DNA from: a virus
Strand: one strand, 5' to 3'
Length of the DNA stretch: 42,653 nucleotides
Virus genome (UHGV): UHGV-0371587
In this document: piece after piece, positions 18,810-27,616 of the stretch
Numbering within the stretch: the first letter of the stretch is position 1
Layout: each line of letters opens with the position of its first letter
The notes under the pieces: generated by a model
What the model was told of the DNA's origin: nothing
Database searches by the model: none
Seen by the model: the letters and a program-made list of their open reading frames with translations, nothing else
Position numbers and translations under genes: made by a program

Positions 18810-19103
18810 TCACCTCTGGTCTATTACTGCGAAATCCGTTACAATCCTTACATCCTTCTTTTCCCCAACTATCCTTACGGAGAATCTTTTTAACCGTGCC
18901 ACATCATCCGGGACGCGACATCGATTACCAAATATAGGAACATAGTACTTCTGTTCAAACACAGCTACCTTGTTATATCCAACCCATGATGCATCGAATT
19001 GGAAATCACATTCGAGGTAGTTTTGTGTTCCTGCTACAAGATATGGATGCGGAGAAGTATTTACGATATGCTGTTTATCTACATTGAATTTTAATGTTTC
19101 CAT
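18810..19103 (-). CDS. hypothetical protein, 97 aa
   Basis: Internal ATG lies 2 nt after the portal stop, with a GGGGAGG RBS. The longer ORF-track version overlaps the portal gene. Confidence 0.5.
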   Translation of the reverse strand: METLKFNVDKQHIVNTSPHPYLVAGTQNYLECDFQFDASWVGYNKVAVFEQKYYVPIFGNRCRVPDDVARLKRFSVRIVGEKKDVRIVTDFAVIDQR

Positions 19104-19104
19104 A

Positions 19105-20538
19105 TTATTCCTCCCCAAATAGCATTGGACCTTCCTTCGGCTGTGCTTCCTGTACCATAGCCTTTGCATCTTCTTCAGACAATCCCTCAAACTTCTGAAA
19201 ATACATCCAGGCCGGCACTTTCCCCTGCACAACATACTGCCACCATCTTGCCCGGTCCTCCTCTCGGTTATATGTAATGTCTCCAAAATCATATGTTATT
19301 TCGTAGACCCCTGCCGGAGCAAGCCCATACAGGTCAGCATATACATTGAGAGCATATATTGCCCCGTCAAGACAACTTTCCAGCTTGTCACGTACATCCT
19401 TGATTAGCTGTATGGTTCTCCTGTCGTCAGCCTCTACCTGTGTGGCTGTGACCATTCCTGTTTTTTCATCAAGCACAAAGTACCCGTTGGAATATCCACA
19501 CTTAAATCCCACAAATGAGAGTAGGTTATTTATTCCAGTAATTCTGATATCAGTATTCAACGATGGAACAATCTCCTGATAGAAAGATTCCGTTCCATTT
19601 CCAAATATATTTTTTACATAATGAGGAAGCTTTTCGTTGCTCATACCAGCATAGCGCCCCTTAATGTTTGTTCCGCTTCCAAACATAAGCTGGTCGTCTG
19701 CTAATATAATTTTCTCACTGTCAAATATTTCACCAACATTTCGGCTGTATGCTACATCAAGGTCTTTTAATTCCTCAATTGCTTCTGTGAACATTGGCAA
19801 TCCCAATGGTGATGAAATATCCACATTGTTAGCCTGTGGAGTACGGAGTATGCCAAACATGGGTCCGTCTATTTTATCATTGTTAGCTTTGAGTATAGGT
19901 GGTGTCTCTGGAAGCAAGTCGGACCACTTAGTCCTATTTAATGCTATTGGGTCCCCCACGCTTTTTGCAGAGTGAGACACATAGGCTCTATTGGATATGT
20001 AATATGGGTAATAGATGTTTTCCCCATCCTTGACTTCGACAAACCGATGATACTCAAATCGGGTGTAATACTTATTATTTTCGCTGTAGCCATCCTTGAA
20101 CACAATCCCATAGATACCTTCATTATCGCAATCCGTAATGATAAAATCCATAGGTGTGAATATGTCCAGTCCCTTACCGTTTGGCTTAAGTATGATTGTG
20201 CCGTAGGCCATACCATATTCTACCCAGTGCCTAATCTGGAAATATATCTTATCAATCTGCTCCTTGAGCCACGCCGCCCGCGCACTCCCATCAATCTGTA
20301 TTCCGATTGCCAGGGTAGCAAGTCGGGCCGTCTCTGAGCATATGGCCTTTGCAAAATTGATTGTCTTAACGTTATCGTCAGCATTCACCCAATAGGGAAT
20401 ACCCCGGTAGATATTGGCGCACTCTGCAATCTTGCTTTCCATCTCCGGGGATACCACTGATTCAACGTTGAAATCTTCTTCTGCCTGTCTCTTGAATATC
20501 ATTCCTATCACCTTTTTAGCCCATGTTATTAGTCCCAT
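19105..20538 (-). CDS. portal protein, 477 aa
   Basis: Size and position immediately after terL. Confidence 0.75.
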   Translation of the reverse strand: MGLITWAKKVIGMIFKRQAEEDFNVESVVSPEMESKIAECANIYRGIPYWVNADDNVKTINFAKAICSETARLATLAIGIQIDGSARAAWLKEQIDKIYFQIRHWVEYGMAYGTIILKPNGKGLDIFTPMDFIITDCDNEGIYGIVFKDGYSENNKYYTRFEYHRFVEVKDGENIYYPYYISNRAYVSHSAKSVGDPIALNRTKWSDLLPETPPILKANNDKIDGPMFGILRTPQANNVDISSPLGLPMFTEAIEELKDLDVAYSRNVGEIFDSEKIILADDQLMFGSGTNIKGRYAGMSNEKLPHYVKNIFGNGTESFYQEIVPSLNTDIRITGINNLLSFVGFKCGYSNGYFVLDEKTGMVTATQVEADDRRTIQLIKDVRDKLESCLDGAIYALNVYADLYGLAPAGVYEITYDFGDITYNREEDRARWWQYVVQGKVPAWMYFQKFEGLSEEDAKAMVQEAQPKEGPMLFGEE

Positions 20539-20542
20539 TTAA

Positions 20543-20731
20543 TCACCCAATTTTTTCTGCTATTTTTTCGCCTATCAAAAACGCAAGATTAAATGCGCCA
20601 AAGATTAGAAGAAAAAATAGTGTCAACGGCCAGAAGAACAATAGAAGCAAAGAAGGCTTTCCATTTACTTGCATGGCCCCAGAAACAATAGTGCCAATTA
20701 ACAAATAAATTATAATCAATATATAAATCAT
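20543..20731 (-). CDS. small two-TM membrane protein, 62 aa, between terL and the portal gene
   Basis: ATGA overlap with the terL stop. Strongly hydrophobic. Confidence 0.4.
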   Translation of the reverse strand: MIYILIIIYLLIGTIVSGAMQVNGKPSLLLLFFWPLTLFFLLIFGAFNLAFLIGEKIAEKIG

Positions 20732-21987
20732 GCGCTGTTTCCTCTCCTCATTGATAGCGGGCTTGTAGCATAACGGAGAGCATCAATCCAGTGGTCATTT
20801 CCATCTGGGTAATCCGCTATTACTTCTCCGTTTCCGTCTACCTCATGCTCATACTCTATTATTTCCTTGTATGCTCGTGGCGTGCGGGCCGGGTCTATAA
20901 CGATTGTACGGCACTGCAACCACTCAAAGGTATATTTCCTGCTTCCTGGTGTTACAATGGCTTTACGTGCCGGTAAACCAGCGTCACGGAAGTCTATAAT
21001 GCTTTCTTCTTCATCCACACCGCAATAGATTGTATAATCATCGTACCCAGCCGTCTGTATATCCTCAGCCATCTTGCTGTTACGAATTTTACAGCCACCC
21101 ATTTCATCAAGCAACACAACCAATTCTTTGTTTGGTATGTAAGCGGCCCGGATAAATGCTTTGGGGTCCGGGAACCAGCCCCAGTCTTGCCCCTGGTATA
21201 TGCTTTGGTATTTCTGAATTTCCTCGTCTGTGATTGTCCGTACATCCAGCATATCAAATATATTTGTACCAAGTCCAACCGGCAAGCCTAAATACTCGTG
21301 GTTGTATGCCCGCTCATTGGTGGCTTTAAGATGTTCAGCGCGCTCAATAAACATTTCCCCCAGCCATTCAACCGGCACAGAACGGTAATCGCTTTTATGT
21401 CTATATGCACTATCATCCGGCGTGTTTACATACTGATTAGCCCAGTTGCTTTGACTGATAGGCGGGTTGAAGGATTTAAACACAACAAACTTGCTTCCAC
21501 CGCGCAACACTGATTGTTCAACAGTTCGTATTTCTTCCGGTCCTGCAAATTCGTCCAGTTCTTCAAACCACAAATATTTGAAGTATCCCTTACTAGCTTT
21601 AATTGACTTTGTTTTCTTCGCCTTGTCAAGTCCACGGAATATTATCTTTTGCCCTGTCGACTTATAAACGAATCTGTATGGGCTTGTACGGGATTCCCAT
21701 AAATCCGTAACGCCTAGCGCATCTATAGCCCACTGTATCTGCTCAAAGACTGATTCCCCAATGGTTACGGCATACTTGCGGAATATAACAGCATTGGCCT
21801 CTGGGTCATCCATCATACCCAGTACAATTTCAACAGATATGAAAGAGGACTTCGTGGAACCTCTCCCTCCGTACAGGTCATAATATGTATGCTTTCCGTC
21901 CATAATATCCCAGTGAACACCATAGAAGGAAGGGGCGATTACATCAGTCAGATTTATTGTTGTCTGGTCTTGGTATGTTGTTGACAA
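20728..21987 (-). CDS. terminase large subunit (PBSX/Terminase_3-like), 419 aa
   Basis: Walker A GGRGSTKS and a nuclease C-domain. Position follows terS. Confidence 0.85.
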   Translation of the reverse strand: MSTTYQDQTTINLTDVIAPSFYGVHWDIMDGKHTYYDLYGGRGSTKSSFISVEIVLGMMDDPEANAVIFRKYAVTIGESVFEQIQWAIDALGVTDLWESRTSPYRFVYKSTGQKIIFRGLDKAKKTKSIKASKGYFKYLWFEELDEFAGPEEIRTVEQSVLRGGSKFVVFKSFNPPISQSNWANQYVNTPDDSAYRHKSDYRSVPVEWLGEMFIERAEHLKATNERAYNHEYLGLPVGLGTNIFDMLDVRTITDEEIQKYQSIYQGQDWGWFPDPKAFIRAAYIPNKELVVLLDEMGGCKIRNSKMAEDIQTAGYDDYTIYCGVDEEESIIDFRDAGLPARKAIVTPGSRKYTFEWLQCRTIVIDPARTPRAYKEIIEYEHEVDGNGEVIADYPDGNDHWIDALRYATSPLSMRRGNSA

Positions 21988-22342
21988 TTGTAATCCCGCC
22001 GCCCTCCTGCTTCTTGTCTGTATCTATTTTACGTTTTGCCAATTCCACCGCCGCTTTGGTCCTCTCTGCCAGCGGAGCATCAAGTCCGAATTGGTCTTTT
22101 ACTTCTCCGCGCATAACAGAGGTAAGGTATTGCAGTATTTCAGCCGCATCAGCTATGCGGCAATCATCAATTTGTTTCTGCCGTTCAGATATATATGCAG
22201 AAACCGTAGGCTTCCGTAAGTTTTCACGCCCTATTGCGTCTGCTGTCCGTAAGCTATAACCAGCCTTTCTCGCAGCTTCTGCCGCATTCCCGCACTCTAT
22301 GTAATAATCCGCAAACGCCTTTTGCTTCGGTGTCAAACTCAT
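21944..22342 (-). CDS. terminase small subunit (P27-type), 132 aa
   Basis: N-terminus MSLTPKQKAFADYYIECGNAAEAARKAGYS. Confidence 0.8.
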   Translation of the reverse strand: MSLTPKQKAFADYYIECGNAAEAARKAGYSLRTADAIGRENLRKPTVSAYISERQKQIDDCRIADAAEILQYLTSVMRGEVKDQFGLDAPLAERTKAAVELAKRKIDTDKKQEGGGITIVNNIPRPDNNKSD

Positions 22343-22541
22343 AGAAATTCATTCCTTCTTAATCATCGGGAAAAATCCATCCTGCCTTTTCATTTATGCA
22401 ATACACATCACAAAGATAGCGCATATAATAATCAACGACTGCACGCATTTTTTCGCAGCATCGCTTCGTACATTGTTTGTCATCCCAAATAAGAACGCCT
22501 CTATTATGCAGGCCACGGTAAGATACCACGGTATCATTTCT

Positions 22542-22808
22542 CTAATCATTCTTCCATCCTTTCGTCTGCTCCCATATCTCTTGCAAGCACTTCACAATCT
22601 CAATCCCCGATGCACTCCGCAGTATCTCATAATCCCTGGTTTTCCACTCCCCATGCTTATCCTGTTGTAGTACAGGGGTGCTTAATATCCATATGGTTAT
22701 CATGCGCCCCTGTTCCTCGCTGTAGAATTGGCTGGTAGATATCTTGATTACAAGTCTGGTCTGCAATATGGCGCGCTGGAGCTTTTTCATAATTGAATTA
22801 AGATTCAT
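22542..22808 (-). CDS. hypothetical protein upstream of terS (possible late regulator), about 88 aa
   Basis: Position only. Confidence 0.4.
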   Translation of the reverse strand: MNLNSIMKKLQRAILQTRLVIKISTSQFYSEEQGRMITIWILSTPVLQQDKHGEWKTRDYEILRSASGIEIVKCLQEIWEQTKGWKND

Positions 22809-22989
22809 CTTTTCTTTTTGCCTCACGGTATTCTTTACATACTTCCATATGTGAACACCATATGGTTGCTGTTGTTTTTCTCGTAATATTAGAATCCATC
22901 ATGTTTCTATATAATTCAGTTTCATTTTCGGCTTTTGCATTAATATGAATACAGTTTTCACAGCATCGCTTTAATAGATTAATAATCAT
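22798..22989 (-). CDS. small Cys-containing protein, 63 aa
   Basis: ORF from the track. Confidence 0.35.
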   Translation of the reverse strand: MIINLLKRCCENCIHINAKAENETELYRNMMDSNITRKTTATIWCSHMEVCKEYREAKRKDES

Positions 22990-23064
22990 GTTTTTACCCC
23001 ATGTGGTATAATAGTCCTATACTAATTTTACCATAAGTAGGACAATCAAACCGTCCCTCCATTT

Positions 23065-23508
23065 TTACATACTTTTAATTCTAGTAATTGGTATGCCAAA
23101 ATCATTTGCTATTTTTTGTAATGATTCTATCTTTGGATTTCTGTCGCCTGATTCATATTTCTGTAAGGTAAAAACAGAAATTCCTGCTTTTTGCGCCAAC
23201 TTTTCTTGTGTTAATTTTGCTTTTACTCTTGCTTCTTTTATTTGTTTTCCGGTATTAATATTCATTTTGAAGTTTTTATCAACTGTCATAAACTCCATCC
23301 GTATCAATTCATCTATCGTCATATTAACTTCTTTACAAAATGAATATATCAAGTTAATGCTTGGTTCCCTGTATTCATTTTCATAGTTTGAGTAAGAAGA
23401 GCAAGATATTCCAAGTCTTATAGCCATTTCTTTTTGCGAAATACCCGTTTTTATTCTTACTTGTTTCATTCTCTTGCCTATTCTTATGTAATTATTTATT
23501 CCTACCAT
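23065..23508 (-). CDS. tandem HTH (XRE) domain transcriptional regulator, 147 aa
   Basis: Two XRE-type HTH motifs. Confidence 0.65.
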   Translation of the reverse strand: MVGINNYIRIGKRMKQVRIKTGISQKEMAIRLGISCSSYSNYENEYREPSINLIYSFCKEVNMTIDELIRMEFMTVDKNFKMNINTGKQIKEARVKAKLTQEKLAQKAGISVFTLQKYESGDRNPKIESLQKIANDFGIPITRIKSM

Positions 23509-23755
23509 ATTGCATATTCTCCATTCGTGTGAAAAAATCGTTTTCTACTCCTAAAGCAGTTACAAGTTTTTGCAATTGTTCATCTCTAGGAAGTGAATGG
23601 TTATTTTCATATCTGCGAATCTGTACTTCGTGAATGCCACTTTCGCTAGCAAGCTTTTTTTGCGTCCAACCCTTATTTTTTCTTAGGATACGGATGCTAT
23701 CACCAATTCTTAATAACTCGCTTTCCTTTATGTGACTAATTGTCATCCTTTCCAC
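23492..23755 (-). CDS. HTH XRE-family regulator, 87 aa
   Basis: XRE HTH motif (GWTQKKLASESGIHEVQIRRYEN). Confidence 0.65.
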   Translation of the reverse strand: MERMTISHIKESELLRIGDSIRILRKNKGWTQKKLASESGIHEVQIRRYENNHSLPRDEQLQKLVTALGVENDFFTRMENMQYGRNK

Positions 23756-24045
23756 CTCCCAAACAATGTCATTAACCGCCTGTATTCATCGAGCGTCTTT
23801 CTTTGATACCCATAGAAATCATCCCGCTTAATTGGTATGTTCTTCCTCTTACTCAGCTTGTCATATCCGATGTTACCTACAAGGCTCTCATATATCTCAA
23901 CTTCCAAGCCAGGAGCGGAGGATATGGCGCACTGGAACAATGTAAGCTTATCTTCTACGCTAGCGGTCTGGCAGTATTCTTTTATGCGCTTGGCTTCATC
24001 ATCAGTAATACCATAGTCACTATAATTCTTGTCCCTGGTCCTCAT
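23743..24045 (-). CDS. hypothetical protein, 100 aa
   Basis: RBS GAAAGGAAAG. Confidence 0.5.
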   Translation of the reverse strand: MRTRDKNYSDYGITDDEAKRIKEYCQTASVEDKLTLFQCAISSAPGLEVEIYESLVGNIGYDKLSKRKNIPIKRDDFYGYQRKTLDEYRRLMTLFGRWKG

Positions 24046-24244
24046 GGCTTTCCTTTCTATACATACACTTTCTCTTGCCGAACGAATGGTATGTGGCGTA
24101 GACTGTGCATAATACCGCTCCGTAACTCCCGGATAAGAAGAGTTGCAATATGTATCCGTTCTGATTGTCTATGCTGTCTTTCATTTCCATTGGCAGCGTA
24201 TTGATTCGTTCAATCACTACGTCTACCAAGTTCTTTGTTAGCAC
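24020..24244 (-). CDS. hypothetical protein, 74 aa (GTG start, weak RBS)
   Basis: ORF from the track. Confidence 0.3.
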   Translation of the reverse strand: MLTKNLVDVVIERINTLPMEMKDSIDNQNGYILQLFLSGSYGAVLCTVYATYHSFGKRKCMYRKESHEDQGQEL

Positions 24245-24288
24245 TTTCCATCATTTCCATTACATCGCTGCTCAGATAGTACGTAAAA

Positions 24289-24315
24289 GCCACTAATCTA
24301 ATACTGATTAGTGGC
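24289..24315 (-). terminator. 10-bp perfect hairpin GCCACTAATC/GATTAGTGGC followed by UUUU on the minus strand. Terminates the 96-aa gene.
   Basis: Inverted repeat read from the sequence. Confidence 0.5.
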
Positions 24316-24474
24316 TTCAATAAATTCTTTCATCATTTTTGATAATTGTTTGGCTTGCGTTGTTCCTGCCGCTTCACAAGCTTTTGCAAAATCCTCTACA
24401 AGCGTTTTATTAAGCTTATAGGACTTGCTAATTAATCCGGCTTTTTTCTGCCATCTTTCTTGCGGCGTTCCCCT

Positions 24475-24765
24475 TCATATTGTTTTCCATTCAAGTGTAA
24501 TCCTATGATTTTCTTCATCATACCAGCTTAATACCGGTTCATCTTCCCAACTTGATATGATTTCGTCAGCCATATAGGTCTTACCCTCCGGCGTATCAAT
24601 AAGCAGCTCCTCAAATTCATTCCGGGATACTTCCCATTTGTCTGGCAATGTGATTTCAATTTCTTCACTCACAGTTGCATGTGGGTGTTTTCCCGAAACA
24701 GTGAAGATTATCTGCTTCTCATGTGCCAATACTCCGTAATTTGCGAATCCTTTGATTGTTGTCAT
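24475..24765 (-). CDS. acidic small protein, 96 aa, monocistronic behind a consensus promoter
   Basis: RBS AAAGGGGT. Consensus TTGACA-17-TATAAT promoter upstream. Strong terminator downstream. Confidence 0.6.
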   Translation of the reverse strand: MTTIKGFANYGVLAHEKQIIFTVSGKHPHATVSEEIEITLPDKWEVSRNEFEELLIDTPEGKTYMADEIISSWEDEPVLSWYDEENHRITLEWKTI

Positions 24766-24828
24766 AGTGTTTACCCCTTTTTCTTAATTTTATAAATTCT
24801 TTTTATAATATGTTTCCTAACTGTCTTT

Positions 24829-24857
24829 ATTATAACATAGGGTACACCCAATGTCAA
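24829..24857 (-). promoter_or_regulatory. consensus sigma-70 promoter TTGACA-17 nt-TATAAT on the minus strand driving the 96-aa gene
   Basis: Read from the sequence: plus-strand 'tgtcaa' at 24852-24857 and 'attata' at 24829-24834. Confidence 0.55.
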
Positions 24858-24938
24858 CATTTTATTTCCACTAATCAATATTAAATTTTCAATGTACGTT
24901 TAAATTCTAATATTGCTATTGTGTAATTCTCAAAAAAA

Positions 24939-24947
24939 TGCTATAAT
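24939..24947 (+). promoter_or_regulatory. extended -10 promoter TGcTATAAT on the plus strand, divergent from the minus-strand promoter
   Basis: Read from the sequence. Confidence 0.4.
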
Positions 24948-24954
24948 CAATTTA

Positions 24955-25050
24955 AATAATAGGGAACGCAAAGCCGCCAGTAGACCCTTGTGAGGTTGCA
25001 ATTCCTCACCTTTGTAAAACGTCGGGCAGGGCCGCAAGGCTCTTTTTTAT
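24955..25050 (+). ncRNA. candidate sRNA of about 100 nt with an internal hairpin (GUGAGG/CCUCAC) and an intrinsic terminator (AGGGCC-GCAA-GGCUCU-UUUUUU)
   Basis: Promoter and terminator read from the sequence. No ORF or RBS inside. Confidence 0.35.
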
Positions 25051-25219
25051 TCCCAAAAGTTTTAAGTTAATGGGGTTACATTCCATATAGCATACTCATG
25101 CGGGTCATTCTCTGCAATGTCTTCCCCGTCCATCGTTGCCGCTATATCATTAGCTTAACTTTCGTTTTCTACCTCAATCACAATTTATTTCAGTTTTTCA
25201 AAATAAAAACCACCAACCG

Positions 25220-25393
25220 TTATTGGTCAGTGGTTCTTACAGTCTCACTTTCATTGACTTCTTTTACTGCCTTGGAATATGCTTGCATCATATATAGCCA
25301 AGCATCACCTTGCGTTTTTTCGTAACTGCTTTCGCATTCTTTGTAATGTTTTTCGAGCCGTATCATTAATGAGTCTGCATCAATCAATCTCAA
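25220..25393 (-). CDS. small protein, 57 aa (TTG start, RBS GGAGGTGA)
   Basis: Strong RBS and a downstream U-tract hairpin. Confidence 0.35.
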   Translation of the reverse strand: MRLIDADSLMIRLEKHYKECESSYEKTQGDAWLYMMQAYSKAVKEVNESETVRTTDQ

Positions 25394-25573
25394 GGTATCA
25401 CCTCCAAAACTTATTATCCACTAACCAATATATTGTTGTCAATGTGCAAACCCAAATTTCACTGTTTTAGATGATAAAAACTTGTTACTTTGACTTTAAA
25501 TCTTGTCCATGTCTTCCCATTTCGCTCAAAAATGCTTATCTCCATCTTACGCCTCCATCAAATTCTAATAATG

Positions 25574-25726
25574 TCAGTTTTGTTTAATTGAAAATGCAAT
25601 ATTCACGCTCAATTCCTTATCTCTAAAAGTAAAAATCAAATCGACATTATCTGTATTATTTTCTGTACAATATTCCAACAAATCTGCTATATCAAGCATA
25701 AATCCTTCTGAAAAATCTTTATCCAT
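25574..25726 (-). CDS. small protein, 50 aa
   Basis: RBS GAGAGGT. Tandem with neighbouring small genes. Confidence 0.45.
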   Translation of the reverse strand: MDKDFSEGFMLDIADLLEYCTENNTDNVDLIFTFRDKELSVNIAFSIKQN

Positions 25727-25743
25727 ACATACCTCTCAAAATC

Positions 25744-25899
25744 TTAATTATCGTGATACCATCCAAATGGACACTGACTGATAGGTTCGCATTCATCATG
25801 GTCTTTGCAGCATGTGTAGCAGCACCCATCAGGGTTTTCATTGCAGTTTTCAAGGCATTCTTTGCACAAACAGTCATCGCATTGTTCCATAAAATCCAT
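25744..25899 (-). CDS. Cys-rich small protein, 51 aa with 11 Cys
   Basis: RBS GAAGGAGA 8 nt before the ATG. Translation MDFMEQCDDCLCKECLENCNENPDGCCYTCCKDHDECEPISQCPFGWYHDN. Confidence 0.5.
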   Translation of the reverse strand: MDFMEQCDDCLCKECLENCNENPDGCCYTCCKDHDECEPISQCPFGWYHDN

Positions 25900-25939
25900 C
25901 TCTATATCTCCTTCATTTCTCATTTTGCTCGACTAAATA

Positions 25940-26098
25940 TTAATTTACTGGTTCCCAATACCAGTCAATCCGTTGCATGACAATTTCTTTAATATCCTCT
26001 TCTATTTCTTCGTCTGTCACCCCGTCCGGATATTCCAGCTCATCCTCTACATCAGTACCAGCGTATCCATAATTAGCTTTATATTTTACTTTTCTCAT
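25940..26098 (-). CDS. acidic small protein, 52 aa
   Basis: RBS GGAGATGAAAA before the ATG. Confidence 0.5.
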   Translation of the reverse strand: MRKVKYKANYGYAGTDVEDELEYPDGVTDEEIEEDIKEIVMQRIDWYWEPVN

Positions 26099-26118
26099 TT
26101 TTCATCTCCGTCAAAATC

Positions 26119-26277
26119 TTAATTGTCTGACTCACGACATTTTTTTATAATCTGTCTAAACTGCCGTACTGTCCATAAATCCCATCCGGCAATCCATTCC
26201 ACCAGTCTGTTTTCCTCTTCCGTCAGCTCTATTCCTTCCAATGCCTTTTCTAATATTTTTAAATCCTCTTCTAACAT
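26119..26277 (-). CDS. small protein, 52 aa
   Basis: RBS GGAGGAAAGGT before the ATG. Confidence 0.5.
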   Translation of the reverse strand: MLEEDLKILEKALEGIELTEEENRLVEWIAGWDLWTVRQFRQIIKKCRESDN

Positions 26278-26391
26278 ACCTTTCCTCCACAAAATAACGA
26301 TTTTGAATAATTGCCGGTACTGGCTCCCAGCTTTGGCTTTGGTCCAATTAACGGCCCCGGCTAAATACTACATCCCTAAAGCCCGCTTTTA

Positions 26392-26658
26392 TCATACCCG
26401 CATCTGGTATGGACATGGGCTGCCAAGGTAACACCGGTCCACAAATGCCTCTTCCGCTCCGCTCTCCAGGGCCTTAATAGCCATCTCGTAAGCCTGTATC
26501 TGCTTCTCCGCCTCTGCTATAAAACCTATCTTGTCAGGTATCGTGTTTTCGATAATTCCGGCGCGTACCATTTGCTCCCATCCCTTATCTGTGGTTTGGT
26601 AGCGGTATGTATTAATGTGTTCCTGCAATATCGCAATTGCTCCCTGTCTATCTATCAT
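26392..26658 (-). CDS. hypothetical protein, about 88 aa
   Basis: Internal ATG with RBS CAGGAGG. ATGA overlap with the upstream stop. Confidence 0.55.
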   Translation of the reverse strand: MIDRQGAIAILQEHINTYRYQTTDKGWEQMVRAGIIENTIPDKIGFIAEAEKQIQAYEMAIKALESGAEEAFVDRCYLGSPCPYQMRV

Positions 26659-26990
26659 TCCTCTACCTCCTGATGCATATCGTTGTATTGGTACTGTAAA
26701 CGGCACTCTTTGCAGGTTTCGTAAGGTTCTCCATCTCCATCCATGGTTCTTAATCCGGCACATAAGCCTTCTTCCATTCCTGGATATTCAAATTTGGTCA
26801 TATAGCAATGAGCAATCCCATCTTCAATCCTTTTTTTATCTGTCTTTATCTTTTTGTATGCCCAATCCAAAAGCATGAGCAAATCCGCTCTAGTTGTCGC
26901 ATTATGAGTTTCCAGACTTAACTCCCGCTCTATCAAACCCATCTTTTTATCGTACGACAACCATTCAAATCTTTCTTTGTCATACTTCAT
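26655..26990 (-). CDS. hypothetical protein, about 111 aa
   Basis: RBS GGAGGAGGCAGAGGG. Confidence 0.55.
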   Translation of the reverse strand: MKYDKERFEWLSYDKKMGLIERELSLETHNATTRADLLMLLDWAYKKIKTDKKRIEDGIAHCYMTKFEYPGMEEGLCAGLRTMDGDGEPYETCKECRLQYQYNDMHQEVEE

Positions 26991-27616
26991 CCCTCTGCCT
27001 CCTCCGGTTTCTCGCACCGCTCAAATTCTATCACCCATACCCACGGGTTGGTATTCCATCCATATGTACCTATGTCAGATTTTTTTATAGTGGTATCCCA
27101 AAATCTTATAAAAGCGTCTCTATGTGCTATTCCACTATTGTCCGTCTCTACAGTGATACCCTCTTTTTTTGCATCTCTGTTGGTCAAATTATGCAGCCGC
27201 TCCGCCCGTACATCCGTCACCTGCAACCAGATTCTGGCGACCTCCTTTGGCATATGGATAGATGGGCGCCACTTTCGTGCGGTATCGTCAAGATAAAATC
27301 CATTATCATCATATAAATCAGGCTGGTTTTTATCCGCTTTATAGACATAGAATAAATCGTTATAATGTGTATAACCATTTTCGTCTACTCTTGCGAGTTG
27401 ATTCCATGTTTCCCGAACATACAGGATATCGCCCAGTCTATAATAAGGTTCTTTTACTCTAAGCCCAGTTTTTTCGCTGAATAATCCAGGACCAAACCCG
27501 CACAAACCTGCATACATTGAGTCGTCTGTGTTCTTAATTACTCTCCTGGTAACTGTCTTGCGCCCTTCCAGGATTGCCCGAACCATGTCGCTGTTAAATA
27601 ATATCGGTTTTACCAT
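26987..27616 (-). CDS. ASCH-domain-like protein, 209 aa
   Basis: N-terminus MVKPILFNSDMVRAILEGRKTVTRR is typical of phage ASCH proteins. Confidence 0.5.
   Translation of the reverse strand: MVKPILFNSDMVRAILEGRKTVTRRVIKNTDDSMYAGLCGFGPGLFSEKTGLRVKEPYYRLGDILYVRETWNQLARVDENGYTHYNDLFYVYKADKNQPDLYDDNGFYLDDTARKWRPSIHMPKEVARIWLQVTDVRAERLHNLTNRDAKKEGITVETDNSGIAHRDAFIRFWDTTIKKSDIGTYGWNTNPWVWVIEFERCEKPEEAEG

Noticed and set aside
18810-19292. 160-aa long form with an N-terminal CRGKCRPGC overlapping the portal gene
   Set aside because: It overlaps 190 nt of the portal gene. An internal ATG 2 nt after the portal stop with a GGGGAGG RBS is the better start.
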